A stretch of 64,000 nt of DNA from a virus (Duplodnaviria; Caudoviricetes): positions 1 through 64,000 of the IMG/VR virus record IMGVR_UViG_3300037524_000424. One strand, given 5' to 3'. Each line of letters opens with the position of its first letter. The stretch's first letter is position 1. A program made the translations under genes and the position numbers. This document shows positions 53,531 to 62,963 of this stretch, one piece after another. The notes under the pieces are model-generated. The model worked only from the letters and a program-made list of their open reading frames with translations, was not told the DNA's origin and ran no database searches.

Positions 53531-53968
53531 TTATCTCCTAATGTTGCTCGCCACTACTCGTTGATAGTAGCGATCTTTGTGTAGGTCTATTCTACCACGT
53601 TTTTTAACCAAACGCAATAGTCCAGTTGTTCCTCGATTGTATGCGATGATATATTTCTTTTTGTACTTAGGGTGAAGCCGAGACTTCAGCTTTGAAAGAT
53701 AGGAAAGTCCATAATGAATGTTTATTTCTGGATCATATAAGTCCAGGGGATATGCCAGGTATTCTTTCCGTACTTGGAATAGACCTCTCTCTCCAATGGA
53801 ACCTCTAGCATTTGGTTTATAGCGGGACTCGGTGTATACAATTCCGTGAGCGATTTTTCTATCTATTCCGTAAAAAAACGAGTTGACACTGATTAGCGCA
53901 CTTATCATGTAGAAACCCATAATAACCCCCTTTGTGCATTTAAACGTCAATTGGTGCAAATAGGGCAT
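53531..53968 (-). CDS. lytic transglycosylase (SLT domain)
   Basis: Catalytic TES, GLFQV, NIHYG..YL, AYNRG. Confidence 0.88.
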   Translation of the reverse strand: MPYLHQLTFKCTKGVIMGFYMISALISVNSFFYGIDRKIAHGIVYTESRYKPNARGSIGERGLFQVRKEYLAYPLDLYDPEINIHYGLSYLSKLKSRLHPKYKKKYIIAYNRGTTGLLRLVKKRGRIDLHKDRYYQRVVASNIRR

Positions 53969-54194
53969 TTCCTCCTATCATCATTTGAATATAAACCCCT
54001 AACGCTCTTTTGCCGCAAACTCCGTAGTTGACCCCATAGGACTTCCCCATGTCCTCAACCCGAGATTCTACGCATCCTCTGAAATAGCCGACGCTACAAA
54101 GTGCAGCTATATCATGTTTCAGGATTATATCCATCTCTAAGAACTTTACGGCTACAAAGAATCCTAAAGCAAAGTATATCAACCGCTTACTCAA
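53940..54194 (-). CDS. hypothetical membrane-anchored protein
   Basis: N-terminal TM. Confidence 0.55.
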   Translation of the reverse strand: MSKRLIYFALGFFVAVKFLEMDIILKHDIAALCSVGYFRGCVESRVEDMGKSYGVNYGVCGKRALGVYIQMMIGGNALFAPIDV

Positions 54195-54642
54195 AGGAAG
54201 TCTCAGTCTTTACTGGAAGAAGGACTTCTTCTGGTACTTCCTGATTAATAATTTCCATGACCTTTTTGCTTTCAACGAAGTCGGTATTTTCACACAACTT
54301 TTCAAAGTCGGAAGTAATTTTGTTAGCAAGTAAGTCAAACGTCCTAAGTTCTTTTTCAAGATGTTTAGCATACTCGGTAATTTCATATAAAGAAGTAGCT
54401 CGGTCGTTATGTTCCATGTTAGCTTTCTTCAATTCATTAATTAGGACAAAGCAGAAGTTAGTCTTAGCAGTCAGTTCTTTCTGTAGTTCCGTCAGCTTTT
54501 CTTTGGATATATTAAATTCCTCTGACTTAATGATTTCAGTCAGTTCGTTTACCAGTTTGTTCTTTTCGGTATTATATTCCAGAACTTCTATTACTGAATC
54601 CAGCCCGTCAGTTAAAATTCGTCGCAATTCGTTGTTGTCCAT
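54187..54642 (-). CDS. coiled-coil hypothetical protein
   Basis: GGAGG RBS behind a strong promoter. Confidence 0.65.
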   Translation of the reverse strand: MDNNELRRILTDGLDSVIEVLEYNTEKNKLVNELTEIIKSEEFNISKEKLTELQKELTAKTNFCFVLINELKKANMEHNDRATSLYEITEYAKHLEKELRTFDLLANKITSDFEKLCENTDFVESKKVMEIINQEVPEEVLLPVKTETSFE

Positions 54643-54661
54643 ATAACCTCCGATTTTCTTT

Positions 54662-54690
54662 ATTATAAACGATTTTTTATTTTAAGTCAA
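54662..54690 (-). promoter_or_regulatory. sigma70-type early promoter
   Basis: TTGACT-17-TATAAT. Confidence 0.75.
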
Positions 54691-54750
54691 CAGTTAATCG
54701 TATAATTTTAGATCTAAAAACACCTAAAATCAAAGATTAATCCAGAAGTG

Positions 54751-54789
54751 GTCTCGTTTATGAGTCGCTTCGGCGTTAGTGCGTGAGAC
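54751..54789 (+). other. long hairpin with cUUCGg tetraloop upstream of the second tnpB
   Basis: GTCTC...CGC-TTCG-GCG...GAGAC. Confidence 0.5.
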
Positions 54790-54855
54790 AAGGAAGTCGA
54801 ATAGAATTTAAGAATTTGATTGACTATGATAATAAAGATATGGTATATTAATAGT

Positions 54856-55941
54856 ATGGAAAAGAAAGATAAATCAAAAATTACAGTAACCCGTAGCTAT
54901 AAATTACAAATTATAGCAAATAAAGCTAAAACAGATACAGCTAAGTATTTGATAAATCGTTATAACTTATATGTTGTTCAGTTTTTAGGGAATATGTATT
55001 ATTATAATAAATCAGAGTCAACTTCCGGATTAGGAGAATTAGCCAATCAAGCGCAGCATTGTGCTAAAGGTAAATCTAAGGCAATTAGAGAATCAGCAAA
55101 AGCTACAGGAAATAAAGTTAATTTACCGTTAAAAACGAACGAAGGGGTTCCTGTTAAAGTAGAAGAAAATAAAGAAACAACATTTGACTATGTGGTAAAA
55201 GTCCCTAACCATTGGGTAAAAAATAACAAGTTAAACTTAATGGTAAAATCTACTAAAGTTTTAAATAAAGCATTGAAAAATGGATGGACTCGAACTACCT
55301 TTGGGGAGTTAAAACTAGATAAATCTGGTAATCTTTACATCATAATAACCGTTCAAAAAGAAGTTAAACGAGCAGAAAAGAATAAAAACTGTATCGGGGT
55401 TGACGTAGGAATTAGAAATGGAATAGCTAGAAGCGATGGTTACTTAGGAGAAGAACTATCACAAGTAATTAAGTCACAAAAATTAAAGCAATCAGCACGT
55501 CAAAAACAAGGGCATAAAAGTAAAATAAATAAAACTACCGTTAAACAAATATTAGATAAAGAAGCCAAGAAAACTGTTGCACGTTGCTCAGAATCGAAGT
55601 TGTCTTTAGCGGTTGAATCGAGAAAAGTATTGAATAACCTAAGAAGCGGGAAGTTACAGGGTTGGGCAAGAAACTATTTTGCCAATCGTTGTGAAATCTT
55701 ATGTAAGGAAAATTCAGTATTCTTCGTAGAAGTAAATCCATACCAAACATCGCAGTTGTGTGGTCATTGCGGTTCCGAAGGAATTCGTGATGGAAAACAG
55801 TTTAACTGCCTTTCTTGCCAGAAAACCTTTGATGCTGACTTAAATGCCAGCATCAATATAGCAAAGAAAGGACGGCAAGTGATTGAACAAATCGCGATCA
55901 GGTTGTCGGAAAAAGCGAGGCGTGATGCGAGCGTTTCGTAA
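54856..55941 (+). CDS. tnpB: TnpB-family RuvC nuclease, catalytic triad intact; probably leaderless start at 54856
   Basis: GVDVG (D), LAVES (E), CGHC..CLSC, DADLNAS (D); TTGACT-18-TATATT places +1 at about the ATG. Confidence 0.88.
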   Translation: MEKKDKSKITVTRSYKLQIIANKAKTDTAKYLINRYNLYVVQFLGNMYYYNKSESTSGLGELANQAQHCAKGKSKAIRESAKATGNKVNLPLKTNEGVPVKVEENKETTFDYVVKVPNHWVKNNKLNLMVKSTKVLNKALKNGWTRTTFGELKLDKSGNLYIIITVQKEVKRAEKNKNCIGVDVGIRNGIARSDGYLGEELSQVIKSQKLKQSARQKQGHKSKINKTTVKQILDKEAKKTVARCSESKLSLAVESRKVLNNLRSGKLQGWARNYFANRCEILCKENSVFFVEVNPYQTSQLCGHCGSEGIRDGKQFNCLSCQKTFDADLNASINIAKKGRQVIEQIAIRLSEKARRDASVS

Positions 55942-56938
55942 ATGTACCTGAACAAGCGTCGTAGAAAGGACATTTCTTTCCAAACATCCGTAAACACTGT
56001 GTTTCGTCCTTGGGGAAGTTCTCGGATTTAATTTCGTGGAGTATAGCGTCAATTTCGGCTATAATCGACTCCTGAGTTTCCGGGACTACCGGCATAAACA
56101 TTTCCTGGAACTCTGCCACTACCTCACCTTTCTTAGCCCCTCTCTGAGGCGTTTTAATGCCCTTTAAAGCGATGATATAGCCGATGGCACCCACTTCCCT
56201 GTCATAGTCGTATAAATTGAGCTGTTGGGACTTTAATAGCTTCTCAGGGGTATACTTGGCTGAGGCGGTCTTAAAGTCGGCTATAACTCGTTGGATATTG
56301 CCAGGTTCTACCTCATAGTCGCAGATTAAGTCCAGGAATCCCCGGATTTCATCTCCTGCCGAGTTTTTGATAGAGATAGCACCCTCGATTTCGTAGACAG
56401 TCTTGATTTTAGGATTAATATCCAATAAAAAATGTTTAATTAGGATGTGTCCTTTACGTCGCAAGGATAACCAGTTGTAGAGATTATATAGCGCAGTCTC
56501 GGACTCAGTGAGGTTGTATTGGTTGAACTCTGCTCTTAGGTAGTCGAAGTCTACATAGTCCTCAAAGCCACAGGATGCTTTATAGTCGGCAATAACCGAG
56601 TAATCCTCGGGAGTCAGTATTTTAGGATCGAAGTCGTTCTTAAAATAAGAGACTTCTGTACTATTAGATAGGTCGATTGACCTACCATTAAAGTCGATGG
56701 TTCGCAGCTTATCGTCGAAAAAGTCGTAGGGATTGCTGCCTAGGATTTTCTTTTCGTCGTCTGTTAAGTTAGTTTTGCGGTCAAGGATAAGCATCTGGAA
56801 GGTGGAACCTAGGGCAGAGCCGAAGAATAGGGCACTAGAAACAGTGGTTTCGGAGTATTTCTCGACGTACTTGAACTTGTAAGCAGCAGGGCAAGTCCGG
56901 TAAAGTTCGAGAGCTGAGTGACTAAGTTTCACTGTCAT
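55898..56938 (-). CDS. PD-(D/E)XK (RecB/Cas4-like) exonuclease
   Basis: LSHSALELYRTCP..Y; GFLDL..ADFKT..QL..Y; C-terminal C...CPFYDAC. Confidence 0.85.
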   Translation of the reverse strand: MTVKLSHSALELYRTCPAAYKFKYVEKYSETTVSSALFFGSALGSTFQMLILDRKTNLTDDEKKILGSNPYDFFDDKLRTIDFNGRSIDLSNSTEVSYFKNDFDPKILTPEDYSVIADYKASCGFEDYVDFDYLRAEFNQYNLTESETALYNLYNWLSLRRKGHILIKHFLLDINPKIKTVYEIEGAISIKNSAGDEIRGFLDLICDYEVEPGNIQRVIADFKTASAKYTPEKLLKSQQLNLYDYDREVGAIGYIIALKGIKTPQRGAKKGEVVAEFQEMFMPVVPETQESIIAEIDAILHEIKSENFPKDETQCLRMFGKKCPFYDACSGTFTKRSHHASLFPTT

Positions 56939-57212
56939 ATTTTTCCTTTACGACCTTCTCTAGGTACTTGCATATTAATAGCGTATGCTCACAATGTTTG
57001 TCCCAAGGTACGCTTGAGTATTTTAACACGTATTACTTCTCGACGCTACATATATCCGGACGAGTTTCGTAGATAGCACAGGATTTGTCTGGATTCAGAT
57101 GTTTACAGTGTGGTTTATCAGGATGTTTATAGTCCTCATAGCCGGGAACGTGGTGGATTAGGTAGCAGCAAGCACCACATCCATAGCAAGGGAATGGGGT
57201 ATTAGATGACAT
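56922..57212 (-). pseudogene. YkgJ/CxxCxxCC cysteine-cluster gene with in-frame TAA at 57035-57033 (not in ORF track)
   Basis: FPCYGCGACC...CKHL..D.SCAIYETRPDIC; the frame stays open 36 codons past the TAA to a TAG overlapping the next gene. Confidence 0.65.
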
Positions 57213-58890
57213 TTAGTACCTCGTTTAGGGGCAACAGTACCCTATTTAGTCGTTTAATATATTTTGCTTGACCCGCGTCGTATAGTTTATACAACTTTAG
57301 TTCTTTGGCGTGTTCTCTCTCAGTTAAATGTCTATCATCCATGTTTGCTCGGCAATGTAGTCTATTAAAGACATTGATGTTATTCGTCCACCACCATCCT
57401 AGCGTAATATTTTCTAAGGTGTATCCTATTTGACTAATAGCATCACCATTACCATAGCGTAAATCAATATAGTATTGGATGAACTGAGGATTATTGTTGA
57501 TTTCTATATATTTTAAGAGTTTTGATAACCCTCCATATACTTGAGTATTTAGTTCGCAACTAAACCTAGAAATGTCTATACCCTCTTTATATTTTTTATA
57601 AGATGCCATACAAACCAGTCTACCATTAAAAAAAAGACCGATATGCTTTGCCGTTTTATATTTCCCCATTAAATGAGTTCTATTTAAAAAAACTTCAGCT
57701 TCATTACTTAATACTGATCTAATTTCACAATTCCTAGCATAAACTCTAGTCTGGTATATACCGAGTTTGCTTAGGATTATTGATTGCACTATTTCTTTTT
57801 TCTGCAACCACTCCGATTCCCAAAATTGTAACAGTCTAATGTTGTGTTTTTCTACCTCTACTCTTTTTTGAAAATGGTAGTGCTTATTCCGCTTATTTTC
57901 ATTATGCCAGTAAAGTCCGTGGTATTCAATCCCTATGTTATATTTTTGTAAATATATGTCTATTTCTTTTGGTGCAATTAGTCTGCGCTGCCTTCTTTTG
58001 TATTCGATGTTATGTTCATCTAGAAACTTGCAGATTTCTATTTCTCCAATAGATGCTTTTTTTGAACAAGTAGGACAGTTAGTTCCTTTTTCTCGGTACA
58101 GATTAAATACCAAAGCAGACCAATTAGGATGGTTTTTGTTTTTTAAACATTTATATTCTAATATAGAAGTCAAATTTTTGTGTTCACCTCCAACTATTTC
58201 TATTCCTTTATCTAACAGGACATTTTTTATGTCATCTAGCGGAGTTGTCATATTTTCACGTCTTCTATCTGTTGAACACTCCCAACACCCAGTTCCTTTA
58301 CTTTTAACTTCATTAGGTGCAGTCCACCATAATGGGTGTTCTTTATTAATAAGACACCCAAACTGTGCCCTTTTTTGGGTATTAGTGAATGTTTCTTCTA
58401 CTATATATATGTTTTTTTCTGCACATACTGTTTTAATTTCATCCAAAGTAATTCTTTTAGGACCCATGGTTTTTCTAGAGCAATGGGGACATCCTCCCCC
58501 TGTTTTCAAGTCCCCAGGTTTACACCACCATTTCGGGTGGGTTAGATCTTGCATACACTCTGCCAAAATCCTACCTTTACTATCATAATTTGTAACGTCA
58601 ATTTTAACATTTCTTTTACCACATTCTTTAATTAAATTCTCATATAAGTCTAATTTTCTACAAAATGCACAGTGAGGATTGCTATATCGTATAGTGTGAA
58701 CGGATGCATATATTTTCGGATGTAACTCGTTTCGTAGACAATGGATTTCCAATTTATTTTTTATAATAAACGACGGACTTTTCACAATTAAGTTCTTAGG
58801 GTTTAGGATCGAATTTACTTCTTTAAATAAAGCTTCATTAATCCCAACTGTTGTTCTTTTTCCATTCATTCTTTTTTTGTTCCTTTTCAT
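57202..58890 (-). mobile_element. free-standing Hef-like homing endonuclease (zinc-ribbon repeats plus very-short-patch-type nuclease)
   Basis: Three C...HP.W......GC..C repeats; EIDIY...IGIEYHGLYWH; AT-rich; overlaps both neighbours. Confidence 0.75.
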
Positions 58891-60895
58891 CTAACTTGTC
58901 TGATTCTATCATATCCAGCAAGTCTTGGAAACCCAATTTTTCTGTAGATGTTAAATCTCTTACTCTCGCCTTCTCTCCATCAAAATACATCGGGATGCTC
59001 CCCATTGGACCGAAACGATTTTTCAGTATGTTAGCTACCATATAATTGTCGTAGTCTTTGTACTTCAAGGACTGCCCGGGTCTATGAATACCTATACCTA
59101 CACTGATGCCTTGTTCGATCAAGCTCGCTCCTTTTATCGACCTCATATTCTCAATCGGCTCCCCAGGCTTAACAGTCTTCTGCGTTTGCATTAACGTAAT
59201 CCCCAGGACGTTCTCATCAGCACAAATGTTGGCAATATGCTGCGCTACCACACCGGATGCCATAGAGGGGTCCATGCTGACCGGCGGTGTTACGTTTTCG
59301 AGATAGTCGATAAGGATTAGTCTAACCTTCTTATCGTGCAGTCTTTCATATTCGTGAATAGCATCCCGAATATCAGCAGGAGTTACCCCAAACTTAAAGG
59401 AATATCCAACATTCTTATAAACCTCTAAAGCTCGCTTTCTGATTTCCTCGAACTCTTTAGGATTTTCTTTTGCCAACAAAAAGACTTTATCAATATTATA
59501 TCCAGTAATGTCCTTAATCATATTTGTAGCGATTAGCGAGGCGTTCATATCTAAGCTAAAGAATAAAGCAGTTTCTCCATTCAACGAAGTGTTTCTTAGG
59601 ATGTTCATTGACAGGGTCGTTTTTCCGCTCCCGGGCGAACCAAGTATGGAGACTGAGGTTCCCGTAATCAACTTAATTTGTTTATCAAATTCTTTAATGC
59701 CAGTCTTAATAGTATTCTTTTCGATGTCAACCGAAAACTTTTTAAACTCATTGAAGATAAACCCATTATCGACTATAATCTCTTTCTCTTGCAATAGCGA
59801 CGTTGGTAGCTGCGCCCTAATCCTTGCTAATATAGGATGTCCTGGACCATAAGTCCCTCCCTGCCAATTAGGACTGAAAACCGTAGCTATGATATTATTC
59901 CAAAGTTCTTCCTTGGAGAATCTCTCACGATTAAAGATAGAGGAATGTCTGCGGTCAGCATCTTTGATTGCGCTGTAGGACTTTTCTGCATCATGTCCAC
60001 TAGCCCGATATGAAGCCGCTAAAATCATGTACGCATCGTGTCTATCACCAATACCATACCCTAAACCTTGAGACAGTACCCACTTCTCGGGAGTTAAATA
60101 CTTCACTCTAGTAGTAAAATCCAAGTTAGATATACTGGAAACCAGTTCTGAAGATAATTCCCTCATCGGAGCTGCTATCTTGACATTCTGGACTTTCTTT
60201 AGAGTTGCTGGCAATTCCGCCGGACTATATACGTCCTTAATGTCTTCAATATTTATCCTATTCTTGCATACATCACGTATATCGTCTATCTTATTGTCTA
60301 ATGCTTCTATAGGTAGTGGGGTTTTATAGAGTCCCGAACTGTGCCTAGTCAACGGCACTCGAAATATCCTAGTTGGGTTATATATCCTAACGTCAAAGGT
60401 TTTCAGTCCTTCAGCAAGCTTATAACAGACATTTTTCAGTTGGTCTGGGGTTATGAAGTCAGTCAACTCGACGACTATAGAGAATCCCTTACCGCCACTG
60501 AAAGCAACTTGGATGTTTTTTTCTTTGAACTTTTCGGCTTTAAGTCGGGTGATAAGTTCTTTAGCGTCAGCTTGAGACTCGGCTATAACTTCAGAGTCGA
60601 AGTCCCAAACGAGTTTGTTGGTTACGATGTCAGTCATGGTTTCATATCGAGTGCCAGTTCTAACGTCCACCACGTTCCCAGTACCCCTAATGCGTTCGGT
60701 AGTCTTGCCGTAGCTATTGGCGACGACTATCTCCTTTAACGCCTCCTCTTTTTGGATTTCATTATAGAGGTAGATAGACTGGTAGTAGTCCTGGTCAAAG
60801 TCTTTAATGTGGTAGTATGGCAGTTCGGTATGCTCGATAAACCTATAACGGAGGTCATATAACCCTGAATGGAGGCGATAATAGAGTTTAGACAT
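58838..60895 (-). CDS. primase-helicase (AEP-type primase plus DnaB/RecA-like helicase)
   Basis: WDFD, FSGGKGF, RIFRVP in the N-terminal half; Walker A GSPGSGKT, LIDY, ILKNRFG. Confidence 0.85.
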   Translation of the reverse strand: MSKLYYRLHSGLYDLRYRFIEHTELPYYHIKDFDQDYYQSIYLYNEIQKEEALKEIVVANSYGKTTERIRGTGNVVDVRTGTRYETMTDIVTNKLVWDFDSEVIAESQADAKELITRLKAEKFKEKNIQVAFSGGKGFSIVVELTDFITPDQLKNVCYKLAEGLKTFDVRIYNPTRIFRVPLTRHSSGLYKTPLPIEALDNKIDDIRDVCKNRINIEDIKDVYSPAELPATLKKVQNVKIAAPMRELSSELVSSISNLDFTTRVKYLTPEKWVLSQGLGYGIGDRHDAYMILAASYRASGHDAEKSYSAIKDADRRHSSIFNRERFSKEELWNNIIATVFSPNWQGGTYGPGHPILARIRAQLPTSLLQEKEIIVDNGFIFNEFKKFSVDIEKNTIKTGIKEFDKQIKLITGTSVSILGSPGSGKTTLSMNILRNTSLNGETALFFSLDMNASLIATNMIKDITGYNIDKVFLLAKENPKEFEEIRKRALEVYKNVGYSFKFGVTPADIRDAIHEYERLHDKKVRLILIDYLENVTPPVSMDPSMASGVVAQHIANICADENVLGITLMQTQKTVKPGEPIENMRSIKGASLIEQGISVGIGIHRPGQSLKYKDYDNYMVANILKNRFGPMGSIPMYFDGEKARVRDLTSTEKLGFQDLLDMIESDKLDEKEQKKNEWKKNNSWD

Positions 60896-61088
60896 AGTGA
60901 AATTCCTTCTTAAAGTTATCGATGTCCCAGACGATTTTAACACAATTCCAAGAAGAAGTCAAAGCATCTACGACGTTTTCTAGTTCGACTAGAGTGAAGC
61001 ACTGTTGATTGGGAAAGGGAGATAGTCCGTTGGGGGCGACTATGGTAAACTGGAAGTTGCCGATATAGCGAACAGTAAAGACTGTCAT
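60888..61088 (-). CDS. hypothetical protein
   Basis: GGGGG RBS. Confidence 0.55.
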   Translation of the reverse strand: MTVFTVRYIGNFQFTIVAPNGLSPFPNQQCFTLVELENVVDALTSSWNCVKIVWDIDNFKKEFHYV

Positions 61089-61147
61089 CTTTCCCCCTTA
61101 TTTAGGCGGCAGCCACCTCACCACTAACCAGGTGACGGTTGGGGGTC

Positions 61148-61402
61148 TTATTCCTCGATCTTTAATACTAAGTCGTTTAAGATAAAGTCTGGAGCTTTTT
61201 CATTTGGGGAGTACATACTGATACGAACTTTAGGAAGTTTCTTGTCAGTTAAGTCCTTACCCTTGAGATTTTCCGCACCGAAAGCAGACAAGTATTCAAT
61301 GAACGCTTTCAGATTGAAGTTGTTCAATTGGATGTACTGGTAGTCGTTGCCGTCTTTACCTTTCGCTTGACAAATAGATCCTACGTTTACAAATTTAGCC
61401 AT
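61148..61402 (-). CDS. hypothetical protein, possible ssDNA-binding protein
   Basis: Follows ERF; GGAGG RBS; KAPDF motif. Confidence 0.4.
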   Translation of the reverse strand: MAKFVNVGSICQAKGKDGNDYQYIQLNNFNLKAFIEYLSAFGAENLKGKDLTDKKLPKVRISMYSPNEKAPDFILNDLVLKIEE

Positions 61403-61413
61403 AAATCCTCCTA

Positions 61414-61875
61414 TTAAAAGTCGCTATTCTTTTTAAAACTGGGAACCGTCCCAACTTTTTTTGTATCTTCTTTCTTTTCTTTTTTCTCTGAGTCATAAGA
61501 ATCTTTAGCACGATTAGCGTCGTCATCTTCTGGGGCAATCCCACAAGCCGCCATTAATGAATAGCGTCTGCCATACGTCAAAGCAGAGCCAAACCCTTGC
61601 GGATCTTTCTTAGAAGCAGGAACAAACAACGTCCCACATCGCAACGATTCCCCAGATTCATGCATTAACACAGTTTCGATAATAATGCCGTCGACATGGT
61701 CTTTAGTTTCTTGGTACATGACTATTCCACACTCAAGAAAAGCGTCGTCAACTGCCTCAATACAAGCAGCTAAATCAGCATACTTACTTTTGAAGTGAGG
61801 ATTAGTTGATGCTTTCATCGCTGGTGCAAACTTCTTCTTTGCGTCTATAAATGCCTTTGCTAGTAAACTTCCCAT
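61414..61875 (-). CDS. erf: ERF-family ssDNA annealing protein
   Basis: NPHFKSKYADL, GSALTYGRRYSL, EDDDA. Confidence 0.92.
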   Translation of the reverse strand: MGSLLAKAFIDAKKKFAPAMKASTNPHFKSKYADLAACIEAVDDAFLECGIVMYQETKDHVDGIIIETVLMHESGESLRCGTLFVPASKKDPQGFGSALTYGRRYSLMAACGIAPEDDDANRAKDSYDSEKKEKKEDTKKVGTVPSFKKNSDF

Positions 61876-61898
61876 AATTAACTCCTTTCAGTTACCTA

Positions 61899-61927
61899 AT
61901 TTTATCACGTCAGCTAACGGATGTCAA
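61899..61927 (-). promoter_or_regulatory. sigma70-type promoter for erf
   Basis: TTGACA-17-TAAAAT. Confidence 0.75.
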
Positions 61928-62014
61928 CAATTTTCTTGCAACATTGAGGAGTGTCGTTAAATCCTATTTTAAAGGAAACTGCGGCTATAAGCACCGCCAG
62001 CAATATTAAATTTT

Positions 62015-62254
62015 TCATCGTTTACACTCCACGACGTTATAGATTTCAGCATCCCTTACCTTCAGCATAACTCGGTAATAGTCATTCCCATCGACTGGGA
62101 TAAATCCAGTCTCATGAATTAGGACAGTCACGCTATCCAGTTTAACGCAAGTGCCGACTGGTATCTCCCTGAGTTGTTGAGGAGATAGGGCGAAGGCATT
62201 GAGAGGTAGTAGCAATAGGATTAGTTTTATCATTTGTAACATCCTTTTCGTCAT
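62015..62254 (-). CDS. secreted hypothetical protein
   Basis: Signal peptide MIKLILLLLPLNAFA. Confidence 0.5.
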   Translation of the reverse strand: MTKRMLQMIKLILLLLPLNAFALSPQQLREIPVGTCVKLDSVTVLIHETGFIPVDGNDYYRVMLKVRDAEIYNVVECKR

Positions 62255-62325
62255 TATAGCATAATTCTGTTACGATGACAACTCCAACATTGACCACTTT
62301 TCGGCAAAAACGGTTATTATTTGAA

Positions 62326-62391
62326 TCTCCCACTAGGGAGAAAAACACAGTCTATTCCACAAAACTATGACATAATCTCCCGTTGGGGAGA
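62326..62391. repeat. two palindromes TCTCCC-N4-GGGAGA 50 bp apart
   Basis: 62326-62341 and 62376-62391, both preceded by AA. Confidence 0.7.
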
Positions 62392-62411
62392 CTTAGTGCC
62401 TACTTAGTGCC

Positions 62412-62963
62412 TTATATCCTAACGAGTCCTAACTCCTCCAGCATATCAAAATACAACGCTACCTTCGTGTCCCGGTATTTCGGACTGTTAGGAATACCCC
62501 AGGCATCTTTCTCCTTAATATCTACAGCACTAGCAAATCCTAGGAAGTTCACTTGATGTCTCCCCATATCGACTATACAGAATACTAACCAATCTCTAGG
62601 AGTAGGTCTGCGGTATAGAGGGTCTGACTTCTGGAATAACCAGCTTATGCCATGCCGTTGTGAGGACTCTAAAGACTGCGACTTAACGTGAAAGTCGAAG
62701 GAGTCGGACTTTAGGTCGGCAGAGAAGGATTTACGTTCTTTGGTGTATAGGGTAAAGTCGGGAGAGGATAACGAAGGGTCGATGTTGGAGTAGACTCGGT
62801 GAAAACAGATTTCTCCTAAAGCTCCGACGATAGTATCTTCGTTTATTTTGGAAGGACGGGATTCTCCTCGGCTGGAGTAGATGCCGAAGGACGTTGCCGT
62901 TCTTCGGACTGCGAAGGTTTCAGCTAGGGAGAGGTCGGAGGGAGTGAAGGAAGTTGAGGTCAT
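62412..62963 (-). CDS. hypothetical protein, possible PD-(D/E)XK-like nuclease
   Basis: GALGE...PD...DL...HVK pattern. Confidence 0.45.
   Translation of the reverse strand: MTSTSFTPSDLSLAETFAVRRTATSFGIYSSRGESRPSKINEDTIVGALGEICFHRVYSNIDPSLSSPDFTLYTKERKSFSADLKSDSFDFHVKSQSLESSQRHGISWLFQKSDPLYRRPTPRDWLVFCIVDMGRHQVNFLGFASAVDIKEKDAWGIPNSPKYRDTKVALYFDMLEELGLVRI

Noticed and set aside
57033-57035. Genome-wide stop-codon reassignment
   Set aside because: TAA, TAG and TGA all terminate well-coupled genes throughout the window; only one in-frame stop was seen.
6582-60739. Numerous antisense ORFs in the track (e.g. 6582-6983, 7082-7393, 20857-21273, 57935-58588, 60341-60739)
   Set aside because: Fully overlapped by well-supported genes on the other strand, without RBS or motifs; shadow ORFs.
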